Shown: positions 12,655 to 26,418 of the stretch, piece by piece
Position numbering within the stretch: position 1 is the stretch's first letter
How the letters are laid out: every line of letters starts with the position of its first letter
Assembly (NCBI GenBank): GCA_965153355.1
Contig: OZ231126.1
Coordinates: forward strand, 33,108,001 to 33,172,000
DNA length: 64,000 nt
Source: Flaccisagitta enflata
Taxonomy: Eukaryota
Direction of reading: 5' to 3'
Notes under the pieces: model-generated
Database searches by the model: none
What the model was told of the DNA's origin: nothing
What the model saw: only the letters and a program-made list of their open reading frames with translations
Made by a program: the position numbers and the translations under genes

Positions 12655-13739
12655 AACAAGGCCAACACCTATAAGTCGCGTGCGATACTTACTTAATTAC
12701 ATAATCGCCTAATTATATAAGTATGTTATTTCCTGTAATGACAAAAATGACTAAAATTACCTATTGACCTATAATTGCCTATAATGACCTATATTTACCC
12801 AAAATTACCTATAATTACCTATAATTACCTATAATTACCCATGATTAGATAATGACCTAAAAGTACCTATAAAGACCTATGATTACCTATAATTACATAT
12901 GGACCAATAATTACCTATATTGATGTATGATTACCCATAATTACCCATAAGCACCTATAATAACATAATGACCTATAATTACCTATAATGACCTATGATT
13001 ACCTATAATTGCATAATGACCTATAATTACCTATAATGACCTATGATTACCTATAATTACCTGTAATTGCATAATGACCTTTAATTACTTTTAATGACCT
13101 TTGATTACCTATAATTACCCATAATTTCAAAATGACCTATAATTACCTATAATGACCTATAATTACCTATAATTACATAATGACCTATGATTACTTATAA
13201 TGATCTAAAATTACCTTTAATTACCTATAATTATCTATAATTACATGATGACCTATAATTACCAATAATGACCTATAATTGCATAATGACCTATAATGAC
13301 ATATAATTACCTATAATGAATTATAATTATGTATAATTACATAGTGACCTATAATTACCTGTAATTACGTATAATACATAACATAACATAAAATGACTTA
13401 AATTGACTTATACTGCCTTAAATTGACTTATACGGACTTAAATTGACTTAAATTAACTTGAATTTACCTAAAATGACTTAAAATGACCTAAATTGACTTA
13501 AATTGCCTAAAAATCAATTATGACTCAATTGACTTGAAATGACTTAAAATGACTTGAAATGACTTAAAATGACTTAAAATGATCTAATTTAACTTAAAAT
13601 CACTTAATTGACTTAAAATGACTTGATAGGAATAAAAGAAATAAAAAAAGTAAAATGGGGACCGACCGACCGACCAACCGACCAACCGACCGACGGACGG
13701 ACAAAGCGGGGTATAGAGCCGCGTGCACGCGACTAAAAA
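12655..13739 (-). mobile_element. DINE/HINE-like element (A-type ends) carrying ~0.9 kb of 10-bp tandem repeats
   Basis: AACAAGGCCAACACCTATAAGTCGCGTGCG at left, GCCGCGTGCACGCGACTAAAA at right; internal (AATTACCTAT)n then (AATGACTTAA)n; same ends at 55621 and 61845-61877. Confidence 0.82.
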
Positions 13740-14253
13740 TCCTACTGAAGAAACATGTATTGCAATTCAAAATCCTCTTCATTGTGAAAAGTTCATGTCT
13801 TAAGCCACTGCCGCAATTAAAGACAAGCACAGGAAGAGTTAGAAAAAAAAAGAAGAAGCACTATTTATAATATGAGTCGGGGCGAAAAAAATCTAAAGAT
13901 AGAATGGTGTTGAGACTGAGGTGGCTTAGGAAGCGGTTTCGGTCTCGCCGTCGGTCTTGGGATCGCTGCGCCGGTTTCCAAGCATCGCATGAGTTTCGAG
14001 CTGCCAACGCCGATATCACCACGCGCGCACCATCCGTCTCCACTGTCACTACTGCCACCACCATAGCCTCGTGCCGCCGCCTCAAACCGCCACCACCACT
14101 TTCCACCGCCGCCACTACTTCCAACCGCCGCCACCGACACCACGAACGCCATCGTTGCTTCCGTTGATAACGGCGCGACATAACCGGCGAAAGTCGGCAA
14201 ACGCATTCACGGCGTGAAAATGGGCGTGAGAGTGAATGAGAAAAACAGCTAGA

Positions 14254-14667
14254 CAGTCTATGGACAAAACGAGGAGAGTAGATTTTGCTTATCACCATTA
14301 TACTGCCAAGGCGTAGTTGATTTTAAAATGTAGGTTTGTAATTACCTCATAGAAATTTACTAAAGACTGAAAGAATTAACGCAAGAACGATTACTACCTG
14401 CAGTAATCGTTCAAAATAAAGGTTTGTAATTACCAAGAAAAAAATTACTTAAGACTAAAAGAAACTAACAGAAGAACGATTACTACCTGTAGTAATCGTT
14501 CTTGCAATAGTTTCTTTCAGTCCTCAGTCATTTTCTATGAGGTAATTAGAAGCCTACATTTTGAACAATTACTACAGGTAGTAATCGTTCTTCCTTTAAT
14601 TCTTTCAGTCCTTAGCATCATACCGGTGATCAGCAAAATCTACTCTCCTCGTTTTGTCCATAGACTG
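14254..14667. mobile_element. MITE with 36-bp perfect TIRs and apparent 4-bp TSD (TAGA)
   Basis: TAGA|CAGTCTATGGACAAAACGAGGAGAGTAGATTTTGCT ... AGCAAAATCTACTCTCCTCGTTTTGTCCATAGACTG|TAGA. Confidence 0.88.
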
Positions 14668-14707
14668 TAGATAGGGGAAGAGCCAACGACAGAGAGACGG
14701 AGAATAT

Positions 14708-14750
<43 letters not shown>

Positions 14751-14842
14751 AGAGACAGACACAGAGAGACAGAGAGACAGATGCAGAGGGCGGAAGACAG
14801 AAAACGTATCAGACTGATAGAAGGACAGCGAGAAAATGTAAT

Positions 14843-15044
14843 AACAAGGCCGGATACACGGCTACCGAAGTCGCGTGCGGGTGGGCAGGGGCCATATTTG
14901 GAGTCACTAGACCATTTGGGCAGGAGCAGTGAGGTCCAAAAATAAAAATCATAAACAAAGTAAAGTGTGACGGACCAACCGACCAACCGACCGACCGACC
15001 GACAGACAAAGCGGGGTGTAGAGTCGCGTGCACGCGACTAAAAA
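14843..15044 (-). mobile_element. DINE/HINE-like element, family A (~200 bp)
   Basis: Minus strand TTTTAGTCGCGTGCACGCGACTCTACACCCCGC, (GTCG/GTCC)n, CTGCTCCTGCCCAAATG, GCACGCGACT, hairpin GCCG-TGTATC-CGGC, CTTGTT. Confidence 0.85.
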
Positions 15045-15512
15045 GAGGAAGCGAGACAGAGGTGCAGAAATACTGATAAGGACACATAGGCACGGAGAGA
15101 CAAAGAGATAAAATGATATAAAAGCCAAGAAAAGATAAAGAGTGAGTGAGAGAAAAAAAAGATAGAAGGTAAAATAAACTCAAGAGATAGCGAGGACGGA
15201 TAGAGGAAGAAAAAGAAATCTCATTTTCCCATTTTCATAATGTGAGGAGGATACCCCATAGCCCATAAAACGGATCGCGCTTCGTTATAAATATAGACGT
15301 GGTGGTTCTCCATCTTTGGTGCATCGTAGTTTTCTACACGGTGAGGCGGACCCATCTCGCGTTATGGTGAAATGAAGCCGTTGGAAAAAAAGTAACAGGA
15401 TCTAGATCTTGTCCAGCTGCAATGTAACACCGAGTGGTCAGCGACACCCCTATAGTTGATACTCTATAGAAATAGCTAAGGATTATTTTTTGACAAATTT
15501 AAGCGACAGCTA

Positions 15513-16259
15513 CAGTATGTTTTTTCTCGTTTGTAATATTCGATGACAACGTAATTCTTAAAGTAGTTGAGATAATTGATTTCCGTAAAAAGTTCCTGAA
15601 AGGTATGGTAGATGCATTTTATGATGTTTAACTCCCAGGACTTTTCCACAAAAACCTGAACCTCTGGACACCAGCAGAAGTATCGATCAAAAACAGGAAA
15701 AAAAACCATTATTTCAGGTTTTTTGCTGAACATTTTTGTTTGAGTTGATCTAATTTCTGGATGAATTAAGCCATAGATACCAGATTGATCTCAAATCAAA
15801 GCTAATTTACACTAGTTTAAAGAAATACAACAAGGAAAACTTTTTTTCAAAAGTACGCCTTTTTAGGCAAAAAGAAAATCTGTTTCTCAATCAAAATTTT
15901 GATCAATAGTTGATTCGTTGTCAAAAATATCACATGACCCTTTCAACTGAAGTTTTCCCAGAAACTACTTCAAAAAATCTTTCATCTGAGACCAATCTGG
16001 TGTCAGTAGCTCAAACCGTTTAGAAATGAGAGTAATTTAAAGGTAGATGGTCCATTTTTGCAGAGAGATAATTTGTATATGATGACATCTTGTTCCAAAT
16101 ATGTTCAAGAGAATAATTTTTTGTAAAAACGTCTTGGCAATTAAATAGCATAAAATGCACCTACCATACCATTCAGAAACTTTTTGCGGAAATCAATTAT
16201 CTCAACTACTTTAAGAATTACGTTGTCATAGAATATTACAAACGAAAAAAAACATACTG
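15513..16259. mobile_element. TA-flanked MITE with ~110-bp TIRs (Tc1/mariner-type)
   Basis: TA|CAGTATGTTTTTTCTCGTTTGTAATATTC...ATGCATTTTATG and its reverse complement ending ...AAACATACTG|TA. Confidence 0.9.
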
Positions 16260-16705
16260 TAAGAGTGGCCTGAACCGCAAGCTTTCGCGAAAGCCTTGTC
16301 TGCAACACGCACTGCTTCGTCTCACTTGGGAGTGGCTTTAAGAGAAACGGAGAACAATGTTTGCCTACTAGTTCAGGCTCTTTCCAGTTGACTCCCTTCT
16401 TTTGAATAATAAGGAGTCTGAAACAGTATGATAGGTGGAACAATATCCCTCACTATCCCTCACTATCACAGTATGTAGCAAATGTATGCAAATCTATGCA
16501 AATGCGAATGTAGCGTGTTGCTTAAGTTGGTAATGCCGTTGACAATTTTTCCAAAGCTTTTGGATAACCCAATTTCTACAATATCGAACAAAATCCTTTC
16601 TCAGTGAATTGAATAATGACAACAACCATTACCTCTTATCTCAAGTTTGACTTATGAATTATGTGACTCGCTGCCCAGTGCCCATGGAAGTGCAAGAGAA
16701 TTAAG

Positions 16706-16997
16706 CAGGGGTGTATCTTATTGAGTCGCTTTTGATTCTTTTCCCCCCCTGCCTTTGATTCTCTTCCCGCGATGCGTCGCGTCGCGTTTTTATATCTATG
16801 ATTTTTTCCCCATAGAGCAATAAAACTATGTAGTTAAGGTTTAAAAAGTGTTAAATTGGGTTTTACTAATTGGGTTTTACGATTTAGTACTGCATATTTT
16901 CCCCAAATTTTCTTTTTTTCTCTTTTTTCCCCCTTTGGTCTCCTTCCCCATCTCCAGACCCTTTGGGGGGGGGGAAACTCAATAATATACAGGCCTG
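16706..16997. mobile_element. hAT-type MITE, copy 1
   Basis: 8-bp TSD GAATTAAG; ends CAGGGGTGTATCTTATTGAGT ... ACTCAATAATATACAGGCCTG. Confidence 0.88.
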
Positions 16998-17000
16998 GAA

Positions 17001-17060
<60 letters not shown>

Positions 17061-17183
17061 GGGGGAGAGAGAGAGTGTGTGTAAAAGTGCGATGGGAGCA
17101 AAGACGACCTAGACTGGAGGATAGATTTTAGGCATCTTAATTTCATTTAATTCTTTTGAGAATTTGAGTGCCGTACTAATTCA

Positions 17184-17887
17184 AGGCTGCTCTTTTGCTG
17201 GAATGTATTTGCTCCTCTCATTCTTCAACTTGTGACTTGACTTTATCAGGACTTCATTTTTCCAGGGGTGTATATAATTGAGTCGCTTTTGATTTTTCCC
17301 CCCCCCCCTGCCTTTGATTTTGTTCCCCGCAAAGCGACACGTCGCGTTGTAAAATCTATGGTTTTCTTCCCCAAAAAGCTATAGAACAGTGTAGTTAAGG
17401 TTTAAATAATGTTAAATTGTGTTTTACTAACTAGTTTTTATGATTTGGTACTGTCAAAAGTTATATTTTCCCTAAATTTTCTTTTTTTCTCTTTTTTCCT
17501 TCATTGATTTTCTTCCCCATCTCCAGACCCTTTGATTTTTTTCCCCCCCCCCACGGGGGGGGGGGAAACTCAATAATATATAGGCCTGCATTTTTCAATG
17601 TTCTAACCCAGCTCATCATATCGGGCAGAAAATTTCATGTAATTAAAAAAACAAAATCAGCTCAATCGGACAGTTTTTACAGGTTTTATGCCTGTTTTAA
17701 GCTTTGCCCAGATATCAGTTCACACGACTGTAAAAATAGTCCAATTGAGCTGATTCCTTTTCTTTGTGATTATGTAAAAATTTCAGCCTGGTTAGGAAGT
17801 TGAAAAATGAAGTCCCGATACGTAATAAAGTCAAGTCACAAGTTGAAGAATGAGAAAAGCTAACACATTCAAGCAATAGAGCGACCT
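17184..17887. mobile_element. Older MITE with long TIRs and TTAA-like flanks (Kolobok-like), interrupted by a hAT MITE
   Basis: TTCA|AGGCTGCTCTTTTGCTGGAATG...CTCATTCTTCAACTTGTGACTTGACTTTAT versus ATAAAGTCAAGTCACAAGTTGAAGAATGAG...CATTCAAGCAATAGAGCGACCT|TTAA. Confidence 0.7.
17263..17588. mobile_element. hAT-type MITE, copy 2 (same family as 16706)
   Basis: 8-bp TSD CATTTTTC; colinear with 16706-16997. Confidence 0.88.
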
Positions 17888-17908
17888 TTAATCAACATAG
17901 ATCTCAAC

Positions 17909-18042
17909 TTTTAGGCGCCACAAGGCACCTCTATAACTGGCAGACAGTGGCTGCGTCTGTTGGTCTGTTGATTGGTTGGTCTGTTGGGTAATGCATTTGT
18001 TTGACACATCACACCTTATTGGCCTACTTGGCCTTGTTTTTT
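17909..18042 (+). mobile_element. DINE/HINE-like element, family C (diverged)
   Basis: TTTTAGGCGCCACAAGGCACCTCTATAACTGG ... CACCTTATTGGCCTACTTGGCCTTGTTT. Confidence 0.72.
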
Positions 18043-18372
18043 ATAAATCAAATGAAATTAAGATACCTAAAATCTATCCACCAGTCTAGGTCGTCTTTGC
18101 TCCCATCGTACTGTGAAAAAGGCAAAAATGATAAGGGGAAAAATCTAGAGGCGGGTTGGTTGTGGGATGATATCGGAAGTCGATATTTATGTGACTACGG
18201 TTCGGCTTAAAGAACGTGTGCTCAGCCTGCTCACGTGCACGCGTGTTACTGACGTGTCAAAGAATAAGTGGATGAACGACTAAACACCCAACACGTGATG
18301 CTCGTGACTAGCGTAGAAAGGCAGAACGAGCTTGATAGAGCGTGTAGGTTTTGACACATGTTTCTGTAAACG

Positions 18373-18487
18373 TTTTTAGGTGCGACAAAGCACCTCTATA
18401 ACTGGCTGTGTCCGTCTGTCTGTCTGTTGGTAACGCATTCGTTCGACGATCCACACGTCGCACCTTATTGGCCTACTTGGCCTTGTT
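18373..18487 (+). mobile_element. DINE/HINE-like element, family C
   Basis: TTTTAGGTGCGACAAAGCACCTCTATAACTGG, GTCY repeats, GTCGCACCT, GGCC-TACTT-GGCC, TTGTT; near-identical copy at 23672. Confidence 0.82.
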
Positions 18488-19168
18488 ATCGAGAAAGAGC
18501 CAAATACAATTTGGCACGTCCTATCCGTTTCAATGAAAAAAAAAAAAAACAAAAAAACAAAAAACAATCCTTAATACTTTTTAACAACGGCGCGAGTCGC
18601 CACTACCAGTTACGTTGTACTGATGAAATCGCACTTAAAAGAGACATTTTTTAGTGTCTCAGTTGTGTGCCATGATTTTTGTGATGCATTTGCGTTGAAT
18701 GTGGATTTGGAGACATAAACTTGAAAATTATCTGGCATATGATATTGGAGGATAAAAGCCCGCGGTTACGAAAACTATTCATTTCCAATTCCGTGTGGCT
18801 CCAAAGCGTACGGCTCCACTTCAGGAATACCATGAATAATTCATTGATTCGCTTGACAATTTGTTTAGCCTTTTGAATACTGCATGATTGTCGAGATTGT
18901 ATCGTAAATAATAACTCGTGTACATAGTCATGGGCGGTAGTATCCAGGCCTCTTGTCTAAGGACGCGCCAATTTTGCATAGATCCATCTCGACTAAAGCT
19001 TAAGATTTTGGTCTTGTGTGTTACCGTCTCCATCATTCACCACTCACTAAGAAGCATATCTTGTGGTGATTTTCTAACCAATGAACCCAATTTCATACTA
19101 GATCTGTCGCAGTCTAGGGGGGTATTGTAGAAATATAAAATGACAAATAAACTAGAAACGTAACTTTA

Positions 19169-19945
19169 CAGGGTGTACCCCGCCAAAAGTGACCAAAGAA
19201 AACGATGTAATTCTGCAATGAAAAATGATAAATTGAATCTGAAAAAAGGGTTGTAAAGCTCTGGAAAAACGATTTTATCTAGTTCTGATTGGTTTCTTTC
19301 CTTCATCTTTTTTGCCCCTCTTAAGTATGAATTTCAAAAAACATTCATTTTGAAAAATGCATTTTTGCAATTTTTGCATCATCAAAGCAGTTGAACCTTT
19401 CACCTGAAATTCAACGTCATTTCAAAACGAATTGAGCTAAATCTGTGGGATTGGACTCATATTAAAGCTAATTTTATGAATTTTATGTAAATGTTGAACA
19501 AATTTAATCAAAGCATATCAGATCAAGAAATTTGTTTTTTCTTTGCTACTTTCAATGTGTTGCTCTAAAAAGATGGGCTTTTTGAGTGGCTAAAACAAGT
19601 CCAAATGCTTGTTTATAACAAAAACTTGAGTATATTTATAATTTACATTGAATTTTGATCCATTTTTGTTCAAATCTAAAATTTTTTGCCAAATTTCCTT
19701 AGCGAATTCATTGATTTGAAGTTCAAAAACCCTTTAAAACCAACAATTTTCTTCTGAAACACAGAAAAAAGCTACTGTTTCTTTTTTTTTCTTGACAAAA
19801 AGTGGTCATCCCTCATAGGCTTTGAACTGAACAGCTAAAAATCGTTTTTAAAGGGCTTTCTGAAACCGTTTTCAAATTTGATTTACCATTTCTAGATACA
19901 GAGTTGTGTCGTTTTCTTTTGTCACAGTTGGCGCGGTACACCCTG
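19169..19945. mobile_element. TA-flanked MITE (mariner-like CAGGGTG ends)
   Basis: TA|CAGGGTGTACCCCGCCAAAAGTGACCAAAGAAAACGA ... TCGTTTTCTTTTGTCACAGTTGGCGCGGTACACCCTG|TA. Confidence 0.88.
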
Positions 19946-20781
19946 TATTGTCATGGCAAATTCCAATATGAAATTAAAACAAGATATTTGAATAAGTTGG
20001 AATAATGAACCCAAGAATATTGATATGATTGTGGTCTTTCATCCAGGATATTAGAAACAGTTTCATATTAGATCCCAAAACGATATTGTATGACTATATA
20101 AGCTAAAGAGACCTTTAGGAGTGATCTTTCCACCCCACAATTTTTCTGGATTACGTTACGCACCAATGTAAGTTAGCATTATGAATTCTTAGTGTTTCTA
20201 ACTGATACTGTTGTTTTCTCTTGTGAATAGAAACGTGAATTGGTACTATCAACACTCACTGCCTCTGATTATATTATAATGCCTTATCGCTACCTAATTA
20301 AGTTTGTAAGAAACTGGACACATTTATAATTTGCATAGTAAGAACATAATTAGTAAAGCTACAGTTTCACAGTCTGTCCACTGAACTGTTACAGATAAAA
20401 AACACAGAGAACAATGAATACACTCATCATTTTCTAACAACTTAATACGGTTGAAGTGCTTTCTCCAGCCATATTGGACCCGCTGGCGACGGTTATCACT
20501 TCTTACGAGTTTGCTGTCAACACTCACAAAAATTCATGCATAGGAGAAATAGTATTCTGAGAATAGAGTCTGAAAAGTCTGAGAAGCCTTCAATGTTTTT
20601 GAGATGCATGAAAAACCTCGTTGACGCAGAAAGAAGAAGAAAATCCGTGGCAGATTTCTTCCTCGTGCGAGCATTTCTTTGAATTGCCCGGAGGGGCTCT
20701 AATTCCTGCGACACACGACATTCTCTTATTTGTCCCCAACGACATATCTTCTTTCAAATGGGCTCAGAGTTTCCCTCCACT

Positions 20782-20959
<178 letters not shown>

Positions 20960-20969
20960 TGTCTCTCTG

Positions 20970-21143
<174 letters not shown>

Positions 21144-21433
21144 ACTTCTGTCTTTCACTTTGGTTTGCGCACTGGTGGTCCCCTTTGAGCCACCGTGATT
21201 CTCTCTATCCTCTCATTCATCTTTGTCTGTCGGTCTGTCAGTCTGACAGTCTGTGAGTCTGTATTTACAACTGTCTTTTATGCGTCGAATTATTTGTATG
21301 TCCATCTTGGTCTCTGACTAAATGACCGTCTGACTGTCAATCTATCAGTTTTACCGTGTGTGTCCCATGTTTTTGCCTGCCTGCCTGCCTATCTTGCTAC
21401 ATGTCTGCCTTTCTGCCTGTCTGCCTTTCTGCC

Positions 21434-21493
<60 letters not shown>

Positions 21494-21846
21494 AGTCTGT
21501 CTGTCAGTCTTACTGTTTTTCAATGTATTGATCTGTCTTTCTACCTGTGCGATTGAGTAACTTTCCTCGCTTTGTTTTCCTCTCACTTTTTTTTCGTTTT
21601 AGATTTTGCCTCAATTTATTCCATCGTACGTTGCCCAAGGCGTTCCTTTCGCTTTAACTTTCCCTCTCCGTTCGGTACCGTATTCGAATAGAAAGAAAAA
21701 AATACCGTTTAATTGTGAGAGTGCGTGTTAATGTGTGTTTCAGCGATCGTAAGTGCATGTGTAGATGTGTGTGTGTGTGTGTACCCGTTAGCTTGTACCT
21801 AAATGACGAAAAGTGATAAATTTGGTATTCTACATGCACTTTATGC

Positions 21847-22374
21847 TGTGGGGCTGTCTTGGGCTCCTGTTAAGATCAGTTTTGCCACTAGAATCCTACT
21901 TTAAGCTTTCCGCGTCTTACCTTTGGTAAAACCTACCTCTATGGGGAACCAAAAAATTCAAAATGCTTAAATGTCTGTTTTGACTGCAGATTTAAAATCT
22001 GCAGAAAAAACTGTTAATTGAAAGTGCTTTCCTTTTTTCAAAATTCCAACTAGAAGGTGCTTAAAATAAGCGTTGAAGTTTGCAAAACTTACCTTTCTCT
22101 TTAATTTCTTTGTAAAATCGCCAAACTTACCTTTTTGTCATATCTTCAAGATGAATTTTGACTATGATCCCGAAGGAATTTTGAAAAAAGAAAAGCACTT
22201 TCAATTATCAGTTTTTCATGCAGATTTCAATATGCAGTCAAAAATGGGATTTTAGTAACTTGAATTTTTTGGTTTCCTATGGGCTAAAGGAAATTTCAAG
22301 GTAAGGCGCAGCCAGCAAGATGCAAAATTTTCATACTGCTTTTGATGTCATTAGAAGCCCAAGACAGCCCCACA
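21847..22374. mobile_element. Foldback MITE, TSD not resolved
   Basis: TGTGGGGCTGTCTTGGGCT ... AGCCCAAGACAGCCCCACA, plus inner inverted arms 21945-22050 versus 22175-22280. Confidence 0.75.
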
Positions 22375-22438
22375 ACAAGAACTACTTGTAGAATTCTGAT
22401 TTTATTGTTTATTGTCATTTCGGTACAAGCTAGTACCC

Positions 22439-22541
<103 letters not shown>

Positions 22542-22750
22542 TTTGTATTGTGGGCGTGTCTGTGACTGATTGTAATCTGTGAACCTGTTTGAGATCTGTT
22601 ATGGTGATGGTTGATGATTGAAGTTTATTTATGCGTCTTTCTCTCATTTCAAGGATTGTCGTTTTGTTTAACTGCGCCTGAGCGCATCTCTGTCTCTGTC
22701 TCTGTCTGTCTCTGTGTGTCTCTCTCTCTCTCTCTCTGACTCTCTCTCTC

Positions 22751-22848
<98 letters not shown>

Positions 22849-22937
22849 TTTCTGCAAGCGATTCCTCTTTTCATTTCTATTCAAATTGTCCTCTGTGATT
22901 GATGGAATCGTTGGTAACACAGGGAAAAGAAGAAGAA

Positions 22938-22992
<55 letters not shown>

Positions 22993-23120
22993 GAGAGAGA
23001 GAAGTAGAGAGAGAAAAAAACAGACGCTCAGACATGGCACATACATGTTGTAAAACTAGGATAGAAACCCAATGAGAAAGAACGAAACGGAATAAAGAGT
23101 TAAATAGCAAGAACGATGTA

Positions 23121-23334
23121 AAAAAAGTAACCCGGGGTTACAATGTCGTTGGGGAAGGGTTGGCTGTGGAATCCATCACCCATCCACACACAAACACATT
23201 CAAATGCACTCACTCAATCACAACTGCGGCATCTTAATTCTAAATTCCAACTCGATCATCACGGACCGACAGACCAACGTACCAATAAACGGACAAAGAA
23301 AGCCTCTTATAGAGTTGCGTGTCCACAACTAAAA
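23121..23334 (-). mobile_element. DINE/HINE-like element, family E
   Basis: AAGTAACCCGGGGTTACAATGTCGTTG ... CTTATAGAGTTGCGTGTCCACAACTAAAA. Confidence 0.72.
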
Positions 23335-23443
23335 CGAAAGGAAGAAGGGAAAAAAAAAGAAAGAAAGCAACCAGCCAAGAAGAGCGAGAAGGCGCCAAAG
23401 CAAACGTCGCCAACTTTAAATCGCCAACAATAATTGGAACCAA

Positions 23444-23552
<109 letters not shown>

Positions 23553-23671
23553 CATTCATTCATTCACTGGGATCGAGATCAGCGAAGCAGAAAAATGGAA
23601 GCGAAAAAATGAAAGAGATAATTCCTCTTATTTCACGAGAAATAAACAATATCGCTCAACACTTAACAACG

Positions 23672-23804
23672 TTTTTAGGTGCGACAAAGCACCTCTATAA
23701 CTGGCTGTGTCCGTTGGTCGGTCGGTTGGTCGGTCGGTTGGTTGGTAACGCATTCGTTCGACGATCCACATGTCGCACCTTATTGGCCTACTTGGCCTTG
23801 TTTT
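23672..23804 (+). mobile_element. DINE/HINE-like element, family C
   Basis: Same termini and core as 18373-18487, with a longer GGTC/GGTT microsatellite. Confidence 0.82.
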
Positions 23805-24081
23805 CTCATTTTCTCTCCCGCACACCTCGTTTTTTTCGTGTGATCATCGCCTTGAATTAACATGTGCGAAAGATCCTCTAAAGTGTCGTTTTTACACTAA
23901 GATGATTTATTTCTTTGACACATACTGTCATACTGTGATATTGTTCCACTTGTCATACACCAATTAGTCAGAGGTACGCGCATACGCTCATGATAGTGCC
24001 GATGATGAGTTCTGTATTCGAGAAAAAAGACGAGGGGGGGGGGTTATGCTTTGCAGATAATGTAGTGGAATGAATGCAGTA

Positions 24082-24590
24082 CAGTGAGGCACATAAAAAA
24101 GTTTCCAGTTTTGTCATAAAGGTTTTGCAGGTTCTATCAATGATAAAAACAATCAGTGAGATTATTGAATGATTTTTTATTTTCTGCAATTCGGGTCCAA
24201 TCCCAGATTTCTAGCTTTTTTTGTTTAGGCGTGACATTGATTTGAAGTAGTACATATCAAAATTGCCTTGGGGAAAAGGAGTAAAAAATTGTGATATTTT
24301 GCTTTATAGAAAACATGACATGTTAACTTTAAACTAATGTCATTTCATAACAAATCAGGAAAACAAGATCAACTTTAAGTTCTGTCAAAGGCTGTTTGCT
24401 TCTAAGCATAAGCAAATTGCTCATCATCTTTGAACTTTTTTAGTTTTTTAACAATTTGATTCACATGAATGGGGTTGGACTAGATTTTTTAAAAATGTTT
24501 AAAAATCTCATGCATGTTAATTGTTTAAAGTGACTACAGTTGAAATAACTAGCTTCTAAACTGTTGGAAACTTTTTTATGCGCCGCACTG
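24082..24590. mobile_element. TA-flanked Tc1-like MITE
   Basis: TA|CAGTGAGGCACATAAAAAAGTTTCCA ... TGGAAACTTTTTTATGCGCCGCACTG|TA. Confidence 0.88.
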
Positions 24591-25462
24591 TAGATACAGT
24601 ACGCAGCTCAATACGAATCATTGTCTGTCGCAATGTCTCTCGGTCGCACTGTTACAGTGTTACTACACCCAATACTTTCACAGTCTCTTTAATTTTTCAT
24701 AACTGCTCCTGTCCATTCGGACGCGACATGTATAGCCGTGTATCAGACCTTGTTTTTAAACAAAAATAAATTACGTTGACAGATGGCAACTACCGAGATA
24801 CCTCTAAGGTACACACGCCGATTGGAAAGAGAACAAGAGATTCTTGGGGATTGTTGTACGTTGGTATATATTGCTGCGTGGTCGTTTTATTGTGCCAAGG
24901 AAAAGACATTTGAGGATATGCGAGATTTTAGTCGCGGACACCCAGCTGTTTGTCCGTCAGTCTATGGGTCCGAAGGTTTCGTGCGTCCGTGCGTCTCGTG
25001 CGTCCCGTGCGTCCGTAACTCACTAATCAATAGTCGCAAAAGCGTTGTGATGGTCAGCGGTACCCGTTGCCCCTATGTGAGTATATGTGGGTGTGTGATG
25101 GTGAGAGGGGCAGCGGCCCCAAAGGGGCTGATGACCTGTGCTTAGTAAGTTTTGAAGCTCTAGGATTGAATTTGAGCATCAATAATGGGATTTGAGCCTC
25201 AGGGCAGTGATTTGAGCCATGAGGCTGTGATTTGAGGCTTGAGGCTGGGATTTGAGACCTTAGGCTGGAGTATGAACCTAGAGGCTGGGATTTGAGTCTC
25301 TAGGCTGTGATTTGAGCTATGAGACTGGTATTTGAGCCTCGAGGCTGGGATATGAGGCTTTAGGCTGGGATTTGAGGCTTTAGGCTGGGATTTGAGCCAT
25401 GAGGCTGTGATTTGAGCCTCAAGGCTGTGATTTGAGGCTTGAGGCTAGGATCTAGGGCTTTA

Positions 25463-26377
25463 GGTAAGTTTTCTCAAAAGATCCTCAAAACGTTGTCTGA
25501 GGCTCTCGAGACCCTGATTTTTGAATTCCTCATTGAAAATTGTGTGGAAACGGTGAAAAAGGTATTTTTTTGACAAAACTAAGATTTAAAATCACTATCG
25601 TTATCATCATTACTACCCTCAGATATTTTGCCGCCATTTTTTTCATCAGATTGACTGCACTGATTCTGTCTATGAAACTTTGGCTCGATGTTTTATGTTG
25701 CATCGATTGCGAGGCCAACCAACAACGAATAACGGAGGAAGAAGAAGAAGTAGAATAAGTAGAAGAAGAAGAAGAAGAAGAAAAAGAAGAAGAAGAAGAA
25801 GACAAAGACGAAGACGAAGACGAAGACGAAGAAGACGAAGAAGAAGAGAAGAACAAGACAAAGACAAGGACAACGACAGAGACAGAGACAAGACAGAGAC
25901 AAAGACAAAGACAAAGACAAAGAGAAGAGAAGAAGAAGAAAGAAGAGAAGAAGAAGAGAGGAGGAAGAGGAGGGAGGGCAGGGAAGAGGAAGAGAACCAG
26001 GAGAACGAGAAGAACAAGAAGAACGAGAAGAATGAGAAGAGGGAGAAGAAGGAGAAGTGGGAGAAGGAGAAGAGGGAGAAGACGGAGAATAAGGAGTTGA
26101 AGAACTCAGAAGAAGAGAAGAGGAAGACTGGAAGACAAGGACAAGAAGAAGAATGAGAGAGAGAAACACACAGACAGACAGACACACACAGACAGACAGA
26201 CACACAGACCGACACTCAGACAGACACACAGACAGATGAACAGACACACAGACAGACAAACAGACAGACGAACAGACAGACAGACACACAGACAGATACA
26301 CAGACAGACATACAGACAGACACACAGACAGACAGGTTGATAGACTAATAAAAAGATTTTCGATTTTTTTTTTTTCT

Positions 26378-26418
<41 letters not shown>

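Noticed and set aside
18560..19140. Unique-looking segment that might be a decayed coding sequence
   Set aside because: Translation of several frames gave no motif I recognise; a blastx search would be needed.
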